A DNA stretch of 19,576 nucleotides. Origin: Candidatus Eiseniibacteriota bacterium. Its GTDB lineage: Bacteria > Eisenbacteria > RBG-16-71-46. The translations under genes and the position numbers were made by a program. The stretch spans positions 1 to 19,576 of the forward strand of contig JBGPFC010000054.1 of the NCBI GenBank assembly GCA_041483195.1, written 5' to 3'. The notes under the pieces were generated by a model. That model was given only the letters and a program-made list of their open reading frames with translations. It was not told the origin of the DNA and made no database searches. Below, piece after piece: positions 8,332 through 17,481 of this stretch; position 1 is the stretch's first letter; every line of letters starts with the position of its first letter.

Positions 8332-9480
8332 TTGATCGATCTGTTGCTGAAGGAAGAGCACCTCCAGGTGCGCGAGACGGCGCGCAAGTTCGCGGACGAG
8401 GTGGTGGCGCCCCGCGCCCGCGCGCTCGACGAGGAGGAGGCGTTTCCGGACGACATCGTGAAGCAGATGGGGGAGCTGGGATTCCTCGGCCTGCCGTTTC
8501 CCGAGAAGTACGGCGGGGCGGGACTCGACACGCTCGCTTACATCATCGCGGTTGAGGAAATCGCCCGCGCGTGCGGCTCGACCGCGATCACGCTCGCCGC
8601 GCACGTCTCGCTGGCGTGCGGTCCGGTCTACCTGATCGGCAGCGAGGAGCAGAAGCGCAAGTTCCTCACCCCGATGGCGAGGGGCGAGGCGATCGGCGCG
8701 TTCGGGCTCACCGAGCCCGAGGCGGGCTCGGATTCCGCGGGGACGAGGACGCGGGCGGAACGGGTGGACGGCGGCTGGCGCGTGACGGGCTCGAAGATCT
8801 ACATCACGAACGGCAGCGTCGCGAAGTTCATCACGTTCACCGCGCGCACCGATTCGAGCAAGGGCACGAAGGGCATCTCGGCGTTCATCATGGATACCTC
8901 GACCCCCGGCTTCCGCGTGGGCAAGCGCGAGAAGAAGATGGGCCTGCGCGGCTCGGACACGGTCGAGGTGGTGTTCGAGGACTGCTTCGTGCCAGAGGCG
9001 AATCTGCTGGGTGACCCCGCCGGCGGCTTCAAGGCGTTCATGCGCACCCTCACCGGCGGCCGCATCTCGATCGGCGCGCTCGCGCTGGGCCTCGCGCAGG
9101 GCGCATACGAGCACGCGCTCCGATACTCGAAGCAGCGAAAGCAATTCGGCAAGACCATCTCGGAATTCCAGGCGATCCAGTTCATGCTGGCCGACATGGC
9201 CACGAAGATCGAGGCGTCGCGCCTGCTCGTGTACCACGCCGCGCTGCTGAAAGACGCGGGGCGCGAATTCGAGCGCGAGGCCTCGATGGCCAAGCTGTTC
9301 GCGAGCGAGGCGGCGAACTGGGTGACCGACAAGGCCATCCAGGTGCACGGCGGGATCGGTTACTGCCGCGACATCCCGGTCGAGCGCATGCACCGCGACG
9401 CGAAGCTCATGGAGATCGGCGAGGGCACGAGCGAGATCCAGCGGCTCGTCATCGCGCGCGAGATCCTGCGCTGCGTCTGA
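8332..9480 (+). CDS. Acyl-CoA dehydrogenase (short/branched chain; IGEG type)
   Basis: Start reassigned to in-frame TTG 8332, 7 nt after GGAG. Motifs [74 protein letters not shown]. Confidence 0.95.
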   Translation: MIDLLLKEEHLQVRETARKFADEVVAPRARALDEEEAFPDDIVKQMGELGFLGLPFPEKYGGAGLDTLAYIIAVEEIARACGSTAITLAAHVSLACGPVYLIGSEEQKRKFLTPMARGEAIGAFGLTEPEAGSDSAGTRTRAERVDGGWRVTGSKIYITNGSVAKFITFTARTDSSKGTKGISAFIMDTSTPGFRVGKREKKMGLRGSDTVEVVFEDCFVPEANLLGDPAGGFKAFMRTLTGGRISIGALALGLAQGAYEHALRYSKQRKQFGKTISEFQAIQFMLADMATKIEASRLLVYHAALLKDAGREFEREASMAKLFASEAANWVTDKAIQVHGGIGYCRDIPVERMHRDAKLMEIGEGTSEIQRLVIAREILRCV

Positions 9481-9487
9481 GAGGGCG

Positions 9488-10705
9488 ATGACCACTCCGC
9501 CCGGCGTCACCTCCGCGATGCGATGGGCGTCGGCCTGCTCGACGGCGGCCGACCCCGGCCTCGCCGCGCGCCAGGTGGCGGAGGCGCTGCGCGCAGAGCT
9601 GGGTGCGGGGCCCGTGGATCTCGCGATCGCGTTTCTCGGCGCCTCGCACGTGCACGCCGCCCCCGCGATCTCCGCCGCGCTGAAGCAATGGCTCGCCCCC
9701 GGGTGCCTGATGGGCGCGAGCGCGCACGGGGTGATCTCGAGCGATCACGAGCTCGAGTCGGGGGACGCGTTGATCGTGATCGCGGCCCGGCTCCCCGGCG
9801 TGACGCTCCACCCGTTCATCCTGGTGAACGAAGCGTGGTCCGAGGCGGCGTCCGATCCGCTCGCTTTCGCGCGCGCCGCGCCTCGGGCGCCGGGCGCGGA
9901 GCTGGTGCTGGTGCTGGGCGACCCGTTCTCGCTCGACATCGAACGCGTGCTGGCGGCGTTCAATCGCCAGGCCCGGGGGGTGCGCGTGGTGGGCGGGATG
10001 GCGAGCGCGGGGGCGCGGCCGCATTCGAACGCGCTGCTCCTGAACGACTGGGTCTCGCAGGAGGGCGGCGTGGCGGTGGCGCTCCACGGCGCGATCCGCG
10101 TGGACGTCGTCGTGTCGCAGGGCTGCCGGCCGATCGGACCGGCGCTCGAGGTCACGCGCTCCGACGCCAACGTGGTGATCGAGCTCGACGGCATGCCGGC
10201 GCTGGAGCGCGTGGAGCAGGTGCTGCACGCGCTGCCCGAGCGCGAGCGCGAGCGGATGCGCTTCGGGCTCTACGTGGGGCGTCCGGCGCGACCCGGCGCG
10301 GAGGGGCGCGGCGACTACGTCATCCGCAACCTGCTGGGCGCGGACCGCGAGCGGGGGCTGATCGCGATCGGCGATCGCGTGAGCACCGGCGAGAAGCTCA
10401 GGCTCCACGTGCGCGACGCCGACACCGCGCTCGAAGATCTCGAGCTGCTGCTCTCGCCTCAGGCGTTCGACACGCCGCCGCTCGGCACGCTGGTGTTCGC
10501 GTGCAACGGGCGCGGCACCGGGCTGTGGGGCCGTCCCGACGGCGACCTCGCGATCCTCCGCGACTCGCTCGGCGGCGCGCTGACCGCGGCCGGCATGTTC
10601 TGCGCCGGCGAGATCGGCCCGGTGGGCGATCGGAACTTTCTGCACGGCCACACCGCGAGCATCGCGCTCATGCGTGCGCGCGGCCCCGAGGGCGTGGCGC
10701 GATGA
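9488..10705 (+). CDS. FIST N/C domain signal-transduction protein (NosP-like)
   Basis: DPFS, VVGGMAS, VVSQGCRPIG, VIELDGMPAL, YVIRNLLGAD, FACNGRG, GMFCAGEIGPVG..NFLHGHTAS are typical FIST_N and FIST_C motifs. Confidence 0.92.
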   Translation: MTTPPGVTSAMRWASACSTAADPGLAARQVAEALRAELGAGPVDLAIAFLGASHVHAAPAISAALKQWLAPGCLMGASAHGVISSDHELESGDALIVIAARLPGVTLHPFILVNEAWSEAASDPLAFARAAPRAPGAELVLVLGDPFSLDIERVLAAFNRQARGVRVVGGMASAGARPHSNALLLNDWVSQEGGVAVALHGAIRVDVVVSQGCRPIGPALEVTRSDANVVIELDGMPALERVEQVLHALPERERERMRFGLYVGRPARPGAEGRGDYVIRNLLGADRERGLIAIGDRVSTGEKLRLHVRDADTALEDLELLLSPQAFDTPPLGTLVFACNGRGTGLWGRPDGDLAILRDSLGGALTAAGMFCAGEIGPVGDRNFLHGHTASIALMRARGPEGVAR

Positions 10706-11115
10706 CCGCCTTCGAATCGCGAACGCTCGCGCGCCGCTTCGCGCAGCTGCTCGATGCAGACGACCTCGAGCGGCTCGGGCCCATGCTGGCGGCCGGCTGC
10801 GTGTACGATACCGGCCGCGAGGTGCTGGAGGGCCCCGCCGCGGTGCTGGCGTCCTATCGGGACGCGAGCACCCGGGCGCGCGGGCGGTTCGACAGGCTGC
10901 GCTTCGACAGCGAGCTGGTGGCGGCCGACGACCACTCCGCTGTGGTGCTGTTCCGCGACCACCTCACGCTGCGCGGGCATACCCACGTGCACATCTGTCA
11001 CCAGCGGGTCACCTTCGGCGCGGACGGCCTGGTGACGCGCATCGAGCACCACGAGCTGCCCGGCGAGCGCGAGCGACTCGAGGCGTTTCTCGCGCGCGGC
11101 GGACCGCCGCTGTGA
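10702..11115 (+). CDS. NTF2/SnoaL-like fold protein (137 aa)
   Basis: ATGA overlap with the FIST stop. Pattern LARRFAQLLDADDLERLGPMLA..CVY...GPAAV...GLVTRIEH is typical of SnoaL-like domains. Confidence 0.75.
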   Translation: MTAFESRTLARRFAQLLDADDLERLGPMLAAGCVYDTGREVLEGPAAVLASYRDASTRARGRFDRLRFDSELVAADDHSAVVLFRDHLTLRGHTHVHICHQRVTFGADGLVTRIEHHELPGERERLEAFLARGGPPL

Positions 11116-11124
11116 GGTGAACCG

Positions 11125-11697
11125 ATGCTCCGTGACGTCGTGTTGCTCGCATGGATGCTCGCGGCCGCCGTGCCCGCGCCGCGCGCGCCCCATGCCGCCT
11201 CCGTGCCCTGCCGCGAGCAGAAGCCCGAGAGCTGGGACGTCGAGATCGCGGACTCGCGGGAGCCGGGCCCGCGGATCGAGGTCATGGGAACGGTGCGCTC
11301 CGCGACGAACGCACGGCCGCTGCCGGGCCTCACGGTCTACGTGTATCACTCGGACCAGCGTGGCCAATACGGCCTGGACCGCATGGGCCGCCTCGACCCG
11401 CGCCTGTGCGGCGTGATGCTCACCAACGCGCGCGGGGAGTACCGATTCCGCAGCGTCATGCCCGGACACGCGGAGGGAACGCCGCATGTCCACATCGAAG
11501 TCTGGGGCCCGCGAGTCGAGCATCAGGAATTCATCCTGCAATTCGGCCGCGAGCTCCCACCCGAGGCCCGGGGTTACGCGGGGCCACGGCTGCTCGCGCG
11601 CGAGCCCGACGACGCGACGGCGATCACGCGACCCTTCTCGCGCGACGCCCGGGGGGTCATCCACGTGGTGCGGGACCTGAAGGTGAACGTGCGGTGA
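11125..11697 (+). CDS. Exported intradiol ring-cleavage dioxygenase-like protein
   Basis: GAGGTG RBS and signal-peptide-like N-terminus. EPGPRIEVMGTV, PLPGLTVYVYHSDQRGQY, G.MLTNARGEYRFRSVMPG and PHVH match the Dioxygenase_C fold. Confidence 0.82.
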   Translation: MLRDVVLLAWMLAAAVPAPRAPHAASVPCREQKPESWDVEIADSREPGPRIEVMGTVRSATNARPLPGLTVYVYHSDQRGQYGLDRMGRLDPRLCGVMLTNARGEYRFRSVMPGHAEGTPHVHIEVWGPRVEHQEFILQFGRELPPEARGYAGPRLLAREPDDATAITRPFSRDARGVIHVVRDLKVNVR

Positions 11698-11699
11698 GG

Positions 11700-11778
11700 G
11701 CGCCGCTCGCCCCGCCCATCGCGCGGCGGGCCGCCCGCTCCCGCCTCGGGGTGGCCCGCCCGCGGGCGGGGGTGGCGC
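11700..11778. other. Long imperfect GC-rich inverted repeat (hairpin; possible terminator or processing site)
   Basis: 11725-11736 GGCGGGCCGCCC pairs with 11749-11760 GGGTGGCCCGCC (one G-U). 11710-11717 CCCCGCCC pairs with 11764-11771 GGGCGGGG. Outer GCGCC/GGCGC. It begins right after the stop at 11697. Confidence 0.6.
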
Positions 11779-11856
11779 GCGATTATCTTTCGTGTAGTAT
11801 CCACGCGCTTCGACCCCCCGCCGTCGTTCGAACGTCTTCATCGCGGGAGCACTCCA

Positions 11857-13049
11857 ATGAGCGCAATTCCTGACGTCTTCATCGTGGGCGCCGCGCGCAC
11901 CCCGATTGGCAAGTTTCTGGGCGGGCTCGGTGGTCTCAAGGCATCGGACCTCGGCGCGATCGCGATCCGCGAGGCCATGATCCGCGCGGGCATCACCGGC
12001 AACGACGTCGACGAGGTGCTGATGGGCCACGTCGTGCAGGGCGGGCAGGGTCAGGCTCCGGCCCGGCAGGCGCAGATCAAGGCCGGCATCAACCCGATCG
12101 CGGGCGCCGTGACCATCAACAAGGTGTGCGGCTCCGGGCTCAAGGCCGTGATGCTGGGCGCGCAGGCGATCAAGGCGGGCGACGCGCACTGCATCGTGGC
12201 CGGCGGGCAGGAGAGCATGAGCACCGCGCCGCACTATCTGTTCAGCGGCCGCACCGGACAGAAGCTGGGTGACACCACGCTCAAGGACGGCGCGGTGATG
12301 GACGGGCTGTGGTGCTCGTTCAACGACTGCCACATGATCGAGCTCGCGCAGTACACGGCCGAGAAGGCGAAGCTCACCCGCGAGGAGCTGGACGCGTTCT
12401 CGGCGGCGAGCCACCAGAAGGCCGCCGCCGCCTGGGCGTCGTGCAGGTTCTCGAAGGAAGTCGCGCCGGTCACGATCCCGCAGCGCAAGGGCGAGCCGAT
12501 CGTGATCGCGAAGGACGAGTCGATCCGTTCCGACACCACCCCCGAGGGGCTCGCCAGGCTGCCGGCCGTCACCCGGGATCGCGGCGGGATGATCACCGCC
12601 GGCAACGCCCCCGGCCTCAACGACGGCGGCGCGGCGCTGGTGCTCATGAGCGGCGAGCGCGTGAAGGAGCGCGGAGCGAAGCCGGTCGGGCGGGTGATCG
12701 CCTACGCGACCGGCGGCGGCGAGCCGAAGGAGCTGTTCTTCGCGCCGATCGACGCGGTGCAGCGGCTCATGAAGAAGATGGGCGTCGCGATCGGCCACTT
12801 CGACCTGATCGAAGCCAACGAGGCGTTCGCCGCGCAGGCGGTCGCCGACGGCAAGGCGCTGGGCTGGGACTGGGACCGCGTCAACGTGAACGGCGGCGCG
12901 GTGGCGCTCGGGCACCCGATCGGCGCCTCCGGCGCCCGCGTGCTGGTCACGCTGCTGCACGCGCTCGAGCAGCGGAACCAGCGAATCGGGCTCGCCACGC
13001 TCTGCCTGGGCGGCGGAAACGCGGTGGCGCTCGCGGTCGAGCGGGTGTC

Positions 13050-13053
<4 letters not shown>
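11857..13053 (+). CDS. atoB: Acetyl-CoA C-acetyltransferase (thiolase)
   Basis: ARTPIGKF, catalytic INKVCGSG, TAGNAPGLNDG, EANEAFA, GHPIGASG, CLGGG. GGGAG RBS. Confidence 0.96.
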
Positions 13054-13946
<893 letters not shown>

Positions 13947-13970
13947 TCCACCCAGGAGAGGACACTGACC

Positions 13971-14321
13971 ATGGCCTACATCGCGGTGTCACCGGAGCTG
14001 TTCATCGGTAAGAGCGTCGATTCGGGAGAGAGCTCGGCGTTCGTGCGCAGGGCGAGCGGCGCGCCGCCCTCGGCGCTGTGGCAGAAGGGCGAAAAGGTCC
14101 ACGACCATCACGGGCTCTCGCGCGGAACGGCGATCGCGACGTTCGACCACGGGTACTACCAGGACCACGCGGCCGGTGACCATTCCGCCATCTACGTCAC
14201 CCAGGACGCGAACGGAATCCAGGTCATGGATCAGTGGGAGAACCAAAAGGTCTCCGAGCGGACGATTCCCTGGCATGGGGTGCCGGGCGACGAGGGAGAG
14301 CATTTCTACGTCATCAAGTAG
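13971..14321 (+). CDS. BPSL0067-family (Tae2-like NlpC/P60 amidase fold) protein with Cys-to-Ser at the predicted nucleophile
   Basis: AGGAGAGG RBS. Family-like motifs W.KGEKV, RGTAIATF..G.Y, G.H.AIY..QDANGI.VMDQW. The G(E/Q)CVA motif reads GESSA. Confidence 0.82.
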   Translation: MAYIAVSPELFIGKSVDSGESSAFVRRASGAPPSALWQKGEKVHDHHGLSRGTAIATFDHGYYQDHAAGDHSAIYVTQDANGIQVMDQWENQKVSERTIPWHGVPGDEGEHFYVIK

Positions 14322-14394
14322 TCCTCGCCGGAAGCAGGCAGTTCGCTCCGCCCCGGGCGGGCCGGGGCCCGCCGCGTCGGCAGGGAGTGATGCG

Positions 14395-14643
14395 ATGACC
14401 GAGCCACGGCGTCATCACTACGTCGTCGCGCGCCAGGCGGTGCGCGACATCGCGAGGGAGTATCCCGTCAATTTCATCGCCATGCTGACCGACCCCGCCG
14501 CGACCGGCGTCTCGAGACCCACGGTGCCGTGCGAGTGGACTCCCGAACATCACGTCTACGACGGTGACGGCCCGCCTCCCGAGGCCGACGCGTTGCTCGC
14601 AGCGGTCGGTACGATTCTCGCGGCGCCCGCCGGCGCCGTGTGA
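14395..14643 (+). CDS. Small hypothetical protein (82 aa), possibly an internally deleted remnant
   Basis: ATG 14395 follows AGGGAG. Non-shadow-like composition (PRRHHYVVAR, CEWTPEHH.Y.GDGPPP). Its stop overlaps the GTG of the next gene. Confidence 0.55.
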   Translation: MTEPRRHHYVVARQAVRDIAREYPVNFIAMLTDPAATGVSRPTVPCEWTPEHHVYDGDGPPPEADALLAAVGTILAAPAGAV

Positions 14644-15926
14644 CCGATCCCCTCCATGATCATCTTCCGAAACTCTCGACCCGCGATTCGATGAGCCCCG
14701 AGACCCTGGCGGCGTTGTCGGGCGCTTCGTTCGACTTGAGCGAGGACCAGCAGGCGGTGCGCGAGATGGTGCGCGATTTCGCGGAGAGCGAGATCCGCCC
14801 GATCGCGCTCGCGATCGACGAGTCGCACGAATTTCCGGCCGAGACCACGCGCAAGATGGCGGAGCTCGGCCTGCTCGGGATGTTCGTGCCGGAGCAATAC
14901 GGCGGGGCGGGCATGGACTACCTCTCGTATGTCGTCGCGGTCGAGGAGCTGTCGCGCGTGTGCGCGACCCACGGCGTGATCTGCTCGGTCAACAACTCCC
15001 TGGTGTGCTACCCGATCCTGACCTACGGCACCGAGGCGCAGAAGCAGAAGTATCTGGCGCCGCTCGCCCGGGGCGAGATCCTCGGCTGCTACTGCCTGAC
15101 CGAGCCCAACGCGGGGAGCAACGCCGCGAATCAGCAGACCACGGCGGTGGCGGATGGCGACCACTTCGTGTTGAACGGAACCAAGCTGTTCATCACGACC
15201 GCCGGGCCGGCCGAGGTGCTCGTCGTGTACACGGCGACCGACCGCGCGCTCGGATCGCGCGGGATCACGGCCTTCATCGTGGACGCCGCCACCCCGGGCG
15301 TGAAGAAGGGAAAGAAGGAGAAGAAGCTCGGCATCCACGCGTCCGACACGCGGGAGATCGCGTTCGAGAACGCGCGCGTGCCCAGGGAGAACATGCTGGG
15401 CGAGCTCAACAAGGGATACGGCGTCGCGCTCGCCACGCTGGGCGGCGGCCGCATCGGGATCGCGGCGCAGGCGCTGGGGATCGCGCAGGCCTCGCTCGAG
15501 GCGGCCGTGAAGTACGCGGGCGAGCGCGAACAGTTCGACCGCAAGATCGGCGAGTTCGACGCGATCCGCGAGATGCTCGCGAACTCGGCGATCGAGGTGG
15601 ATACCGCGCGGCTGCTGGTCTACCAGGCGGCGTGGCTGCGCGACCAGGGGCGCCCGCACGTCAAGGAGGCCTCGCTCGCGAAGTGGCACGCGTCGGAAGC
15701 GGCGAGCCGCTGCGCGAACTGGGCGATCCAGGTGCACGGCGGCTACGGCTACCTCGCCGAATTTCACGTCGAGCGCTACTGGCGCGACGCGCGCATCACC
15801 GAGATCTACGAGGGCACGACCGAGGTGCAGAAGATGGTGGTGGCCGGCCAGGTGCTCCGCGAGTACGCGACCGGCGCCGCGGAGACCTTAGGCCCCGCGA
15901 ACCGAAACCGGAGGACCGACGCATGA
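14640..15926 (+). CDS. Acyl-CoA dehydrogenase (short-chain/butyryl-CoA type)
   Basis: PEQYGGAG, GCYCLTEPNAGSN, NGTKLFIT, KLGIHASDT, GGRIGIAAQALG, REQFDRKI, QVHGGYGY, EIYEGTTEVQK. Start is uncertain: GTG 14640 (GTGA overlap) or ATG 14691. Confidence 0.95.
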   Translation: MTDPLHDHLPKLSTRDSMSPETLAALSGASFDLSEDQQAVREMVRDFAESEIRPIALAIDESHEFPAETTRKMAELGLLGMFVPEQYGGAGMDYLSYVVAVEELSRVCATHGVICSVNNSLVCYPILTYGTEAQKQKYLAPLARGEILGCYCLTEPNAGSNAANQQTTAVADGDHFVLNGTKLFITTAGPAEVLVVYTATDRALGSRGITAFIVDAATPGVKKGKKEKKLGIHASDTREIAFENARVPRENMLGELNKGYGVALATLGGGRIGIAAQALGIAQASLEAAVKYAGEREQFDRKIGEFDAIREMLANSAIEVDTARLLVYQAAWLRDQGRPHVKEASLAKWHASEAASRCANWAIQVHGGYGYLAEFHVERYWRDARITEIYEGTTEVQKMVVAGQVLREYATGAAETLGPANRNRRTDA

Positions 15927-16306
15927 CCCGTCCCGTGCGCCCCGTGGCGCTGGTGCTGCTCACCGCCTGCATGATCTACCCGGGCATCACGCTGCTCTAT
16001 CAGGGGCTCTACCTGTTCGTCGCCGGCGACCCGTTCACCCTGGTCGGCCAGCTCGGACCCTGGGTCAGGCTCGCCCAGGCGGTCCACCTCCCGCCGGTCC
16101 TGCCGCTGCTCGCGGAATCCGCGCTCGGCGCGGCGTGGGTGCTGGGCGTGCTCGGCCTCTGGGCCGGCGACGGCCGCGCGTATCCGCTCGCGCTGCTCGC
16201 TGCGGCGGGCTCGGTGCTCGTTCCCGGCGGCCCGATGGTGATGGGGGCGATCGGGCTGGTCTGCCTGCTCGGATTCCGCGAGCAGGCGGACGAGGTCGCG
16301 GCCTGA
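15923..16306 (+). CDS. Small integral membrane protein (127 aa, about 3-4 TM segments)
   Basis: ATGA overlap with the upstream stop and GGAGG RBS. Several long hydrophobic stretches. Ends 7 nt before the next gene. Confidence 0.75.
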   Translation: MTRPVRPVALVLLTACMIYPGITLLYQGLYLFVAGDPFTLVGQLGPWVRLAQAVHLPPVLPLLAESALGAAWVLGVLGLWAGDGRAYPLALLAAAGSVLVPGGPMVMGAIGLVCLLGFREQADEVAA

Positions 16307-16313
16307 GGCCACC

Positions 16314-17465
16314 ATGCAACTCGATCTCACGGAAGAGCAGCGGCTGATCCGGGACACGGTCCGGGATCTCTGCGAGCGCGAGTTCGCGCCGCTGGCCGCG
16401 CGCTGGGATCGCGAGCACATTCTGCCGCGCGACGCGGTGACCCGGCTCGCCGAGCAGGGCTTCCTCGGCATGGCGATCCCCGAAGAATGGGGCGGCGTGG
16501 GCTACGACTCGCGCACCATCGTGATCGTGCTCGAGGAGATCGCGCGCGTCTCGGCGGCGCTCGCGATCATGATCGCCGTGCACAACTCGGTCGGGGCGCT
16601 CCCGGTGTTCCGCTTCGGCAGCGACGAGCAACGGCGGCGGTTCCTGCCGCGGCTAGTGTCGCGCGAGCTGGGCGCATTCTCGCTCTCGGAGCCCGGAGCG
16701 GGCTCGGATGCCGGGGCCATCGAGTCGCTCGCGGTGCGCGAAGGCGGCGAGTACGTGCTGAACGGCGGCAAGAACTGGGTGACGAACGGAGAGCAGGCCG
16801 GTGTCTACCTCATCTTCGCGCGCACCGAGCGGCAGGCCGGCAGCGGCGGCCTCACCGCGTTCATCGTCGAGCGCGGGACGCCGGGTCTCGTGGTCGGCAA
16901 GGCCGAGGACAAGATGGGCCTGCGCGGTTCCGACACGGTCGCGCTCGCGCTGCAGGACGTGAAGGTGCCGGTGGACCAGCGGCTCGGCGCGGAAGGGGAG
17001 GGTTTCAAGATCGCGATGAGCATGCTCGACTCCGGCCGCATCGGCGTTGGCGCCCAGGCGCTGGGGGTGATGCGCGCGGCGTTCGAGGAGTCGGTGCGAT
17101 ACGCGCAGACGCGACACGCGTTCGGCGGACCCCTCGCGAAGATCCAGGCGATCCAGTTCAAGCTCGCCGAGATGGAGCGCCGCATCCAGTGCTCGCGTCT
17201 GCTGGTCCAGCGTGCGGCGTGGCTCAAGGACGCGGGGCGTCCCTACACGCGCGAAGCGTCGATGGCGAAGCTCTACGCGAGCGAATCCGCGACCTGGGTC
17301 ACGCACCAGGCGATCCAGATCCACGGCGGATACGGCTACGTGAAGGAATACGCCGTCGAGCGCTACTATCGCGACGCGCGCGTCATGGAGATCTACGAAG
17401 GCACGAGCGAGATCCAGCGCCTGGTGATCGCGCGCTCGCTGCTCCGTGACGGGGTGAAGGTCTGA
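16314..17465 (+). CDS. Acyl-CoA dehydrogenase (short-chain/butyryl-CoA type)
   Basis: [71 protein letters not shown]. Confidence 0.96.
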   Translation: MQLDLTEEQRLIRDTVRDLCEREFAPLAARWDREHILPRDAVTRLAEQGFLGMAIPEEWGGVGYDSRTIVIVLEEIARVSAALAIMIAVHNSVGALPVFRFGSDEQRRRFLPRLVSRELGAFSLSEPGAGSDAGAIESLAVREGGEYVLNGGKNWVTNGEQAGVYLIFARTERQAGSGGLTAFIVERGTPGLVVGKAEDKMGLRGSDTVALALQDVKVPVDQRLGAEGEGFKIAMSMLDSGRIGVGAQALGVMRAAFEESVRYAQTRHAFGGPLAKIQAIQFKLAEMERRIQCSRLLVQRAAWLKDAGRPYTREASMAKLYASESATWVTHQAIQIHGGYGYVKEYAVERYYRDARVMEIYEGTSEIQRLVIARSLLRDGVKV

Positions 17466-17481
17466 CGCATCGAGGCCGGGC

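Noticed and set aside
9523..10701. Apparent fusion ORFs 9523-11115, 12309-13946, 14960-16306, 6263-7174 and 18171-19355
   Set aside because: Only the 3' parts are real genes, starting at 10702, 13050, 15923, 6575 and 18333. The upstream parts are off-frame overlaps with the preceding genes and show no frameshift evidence.
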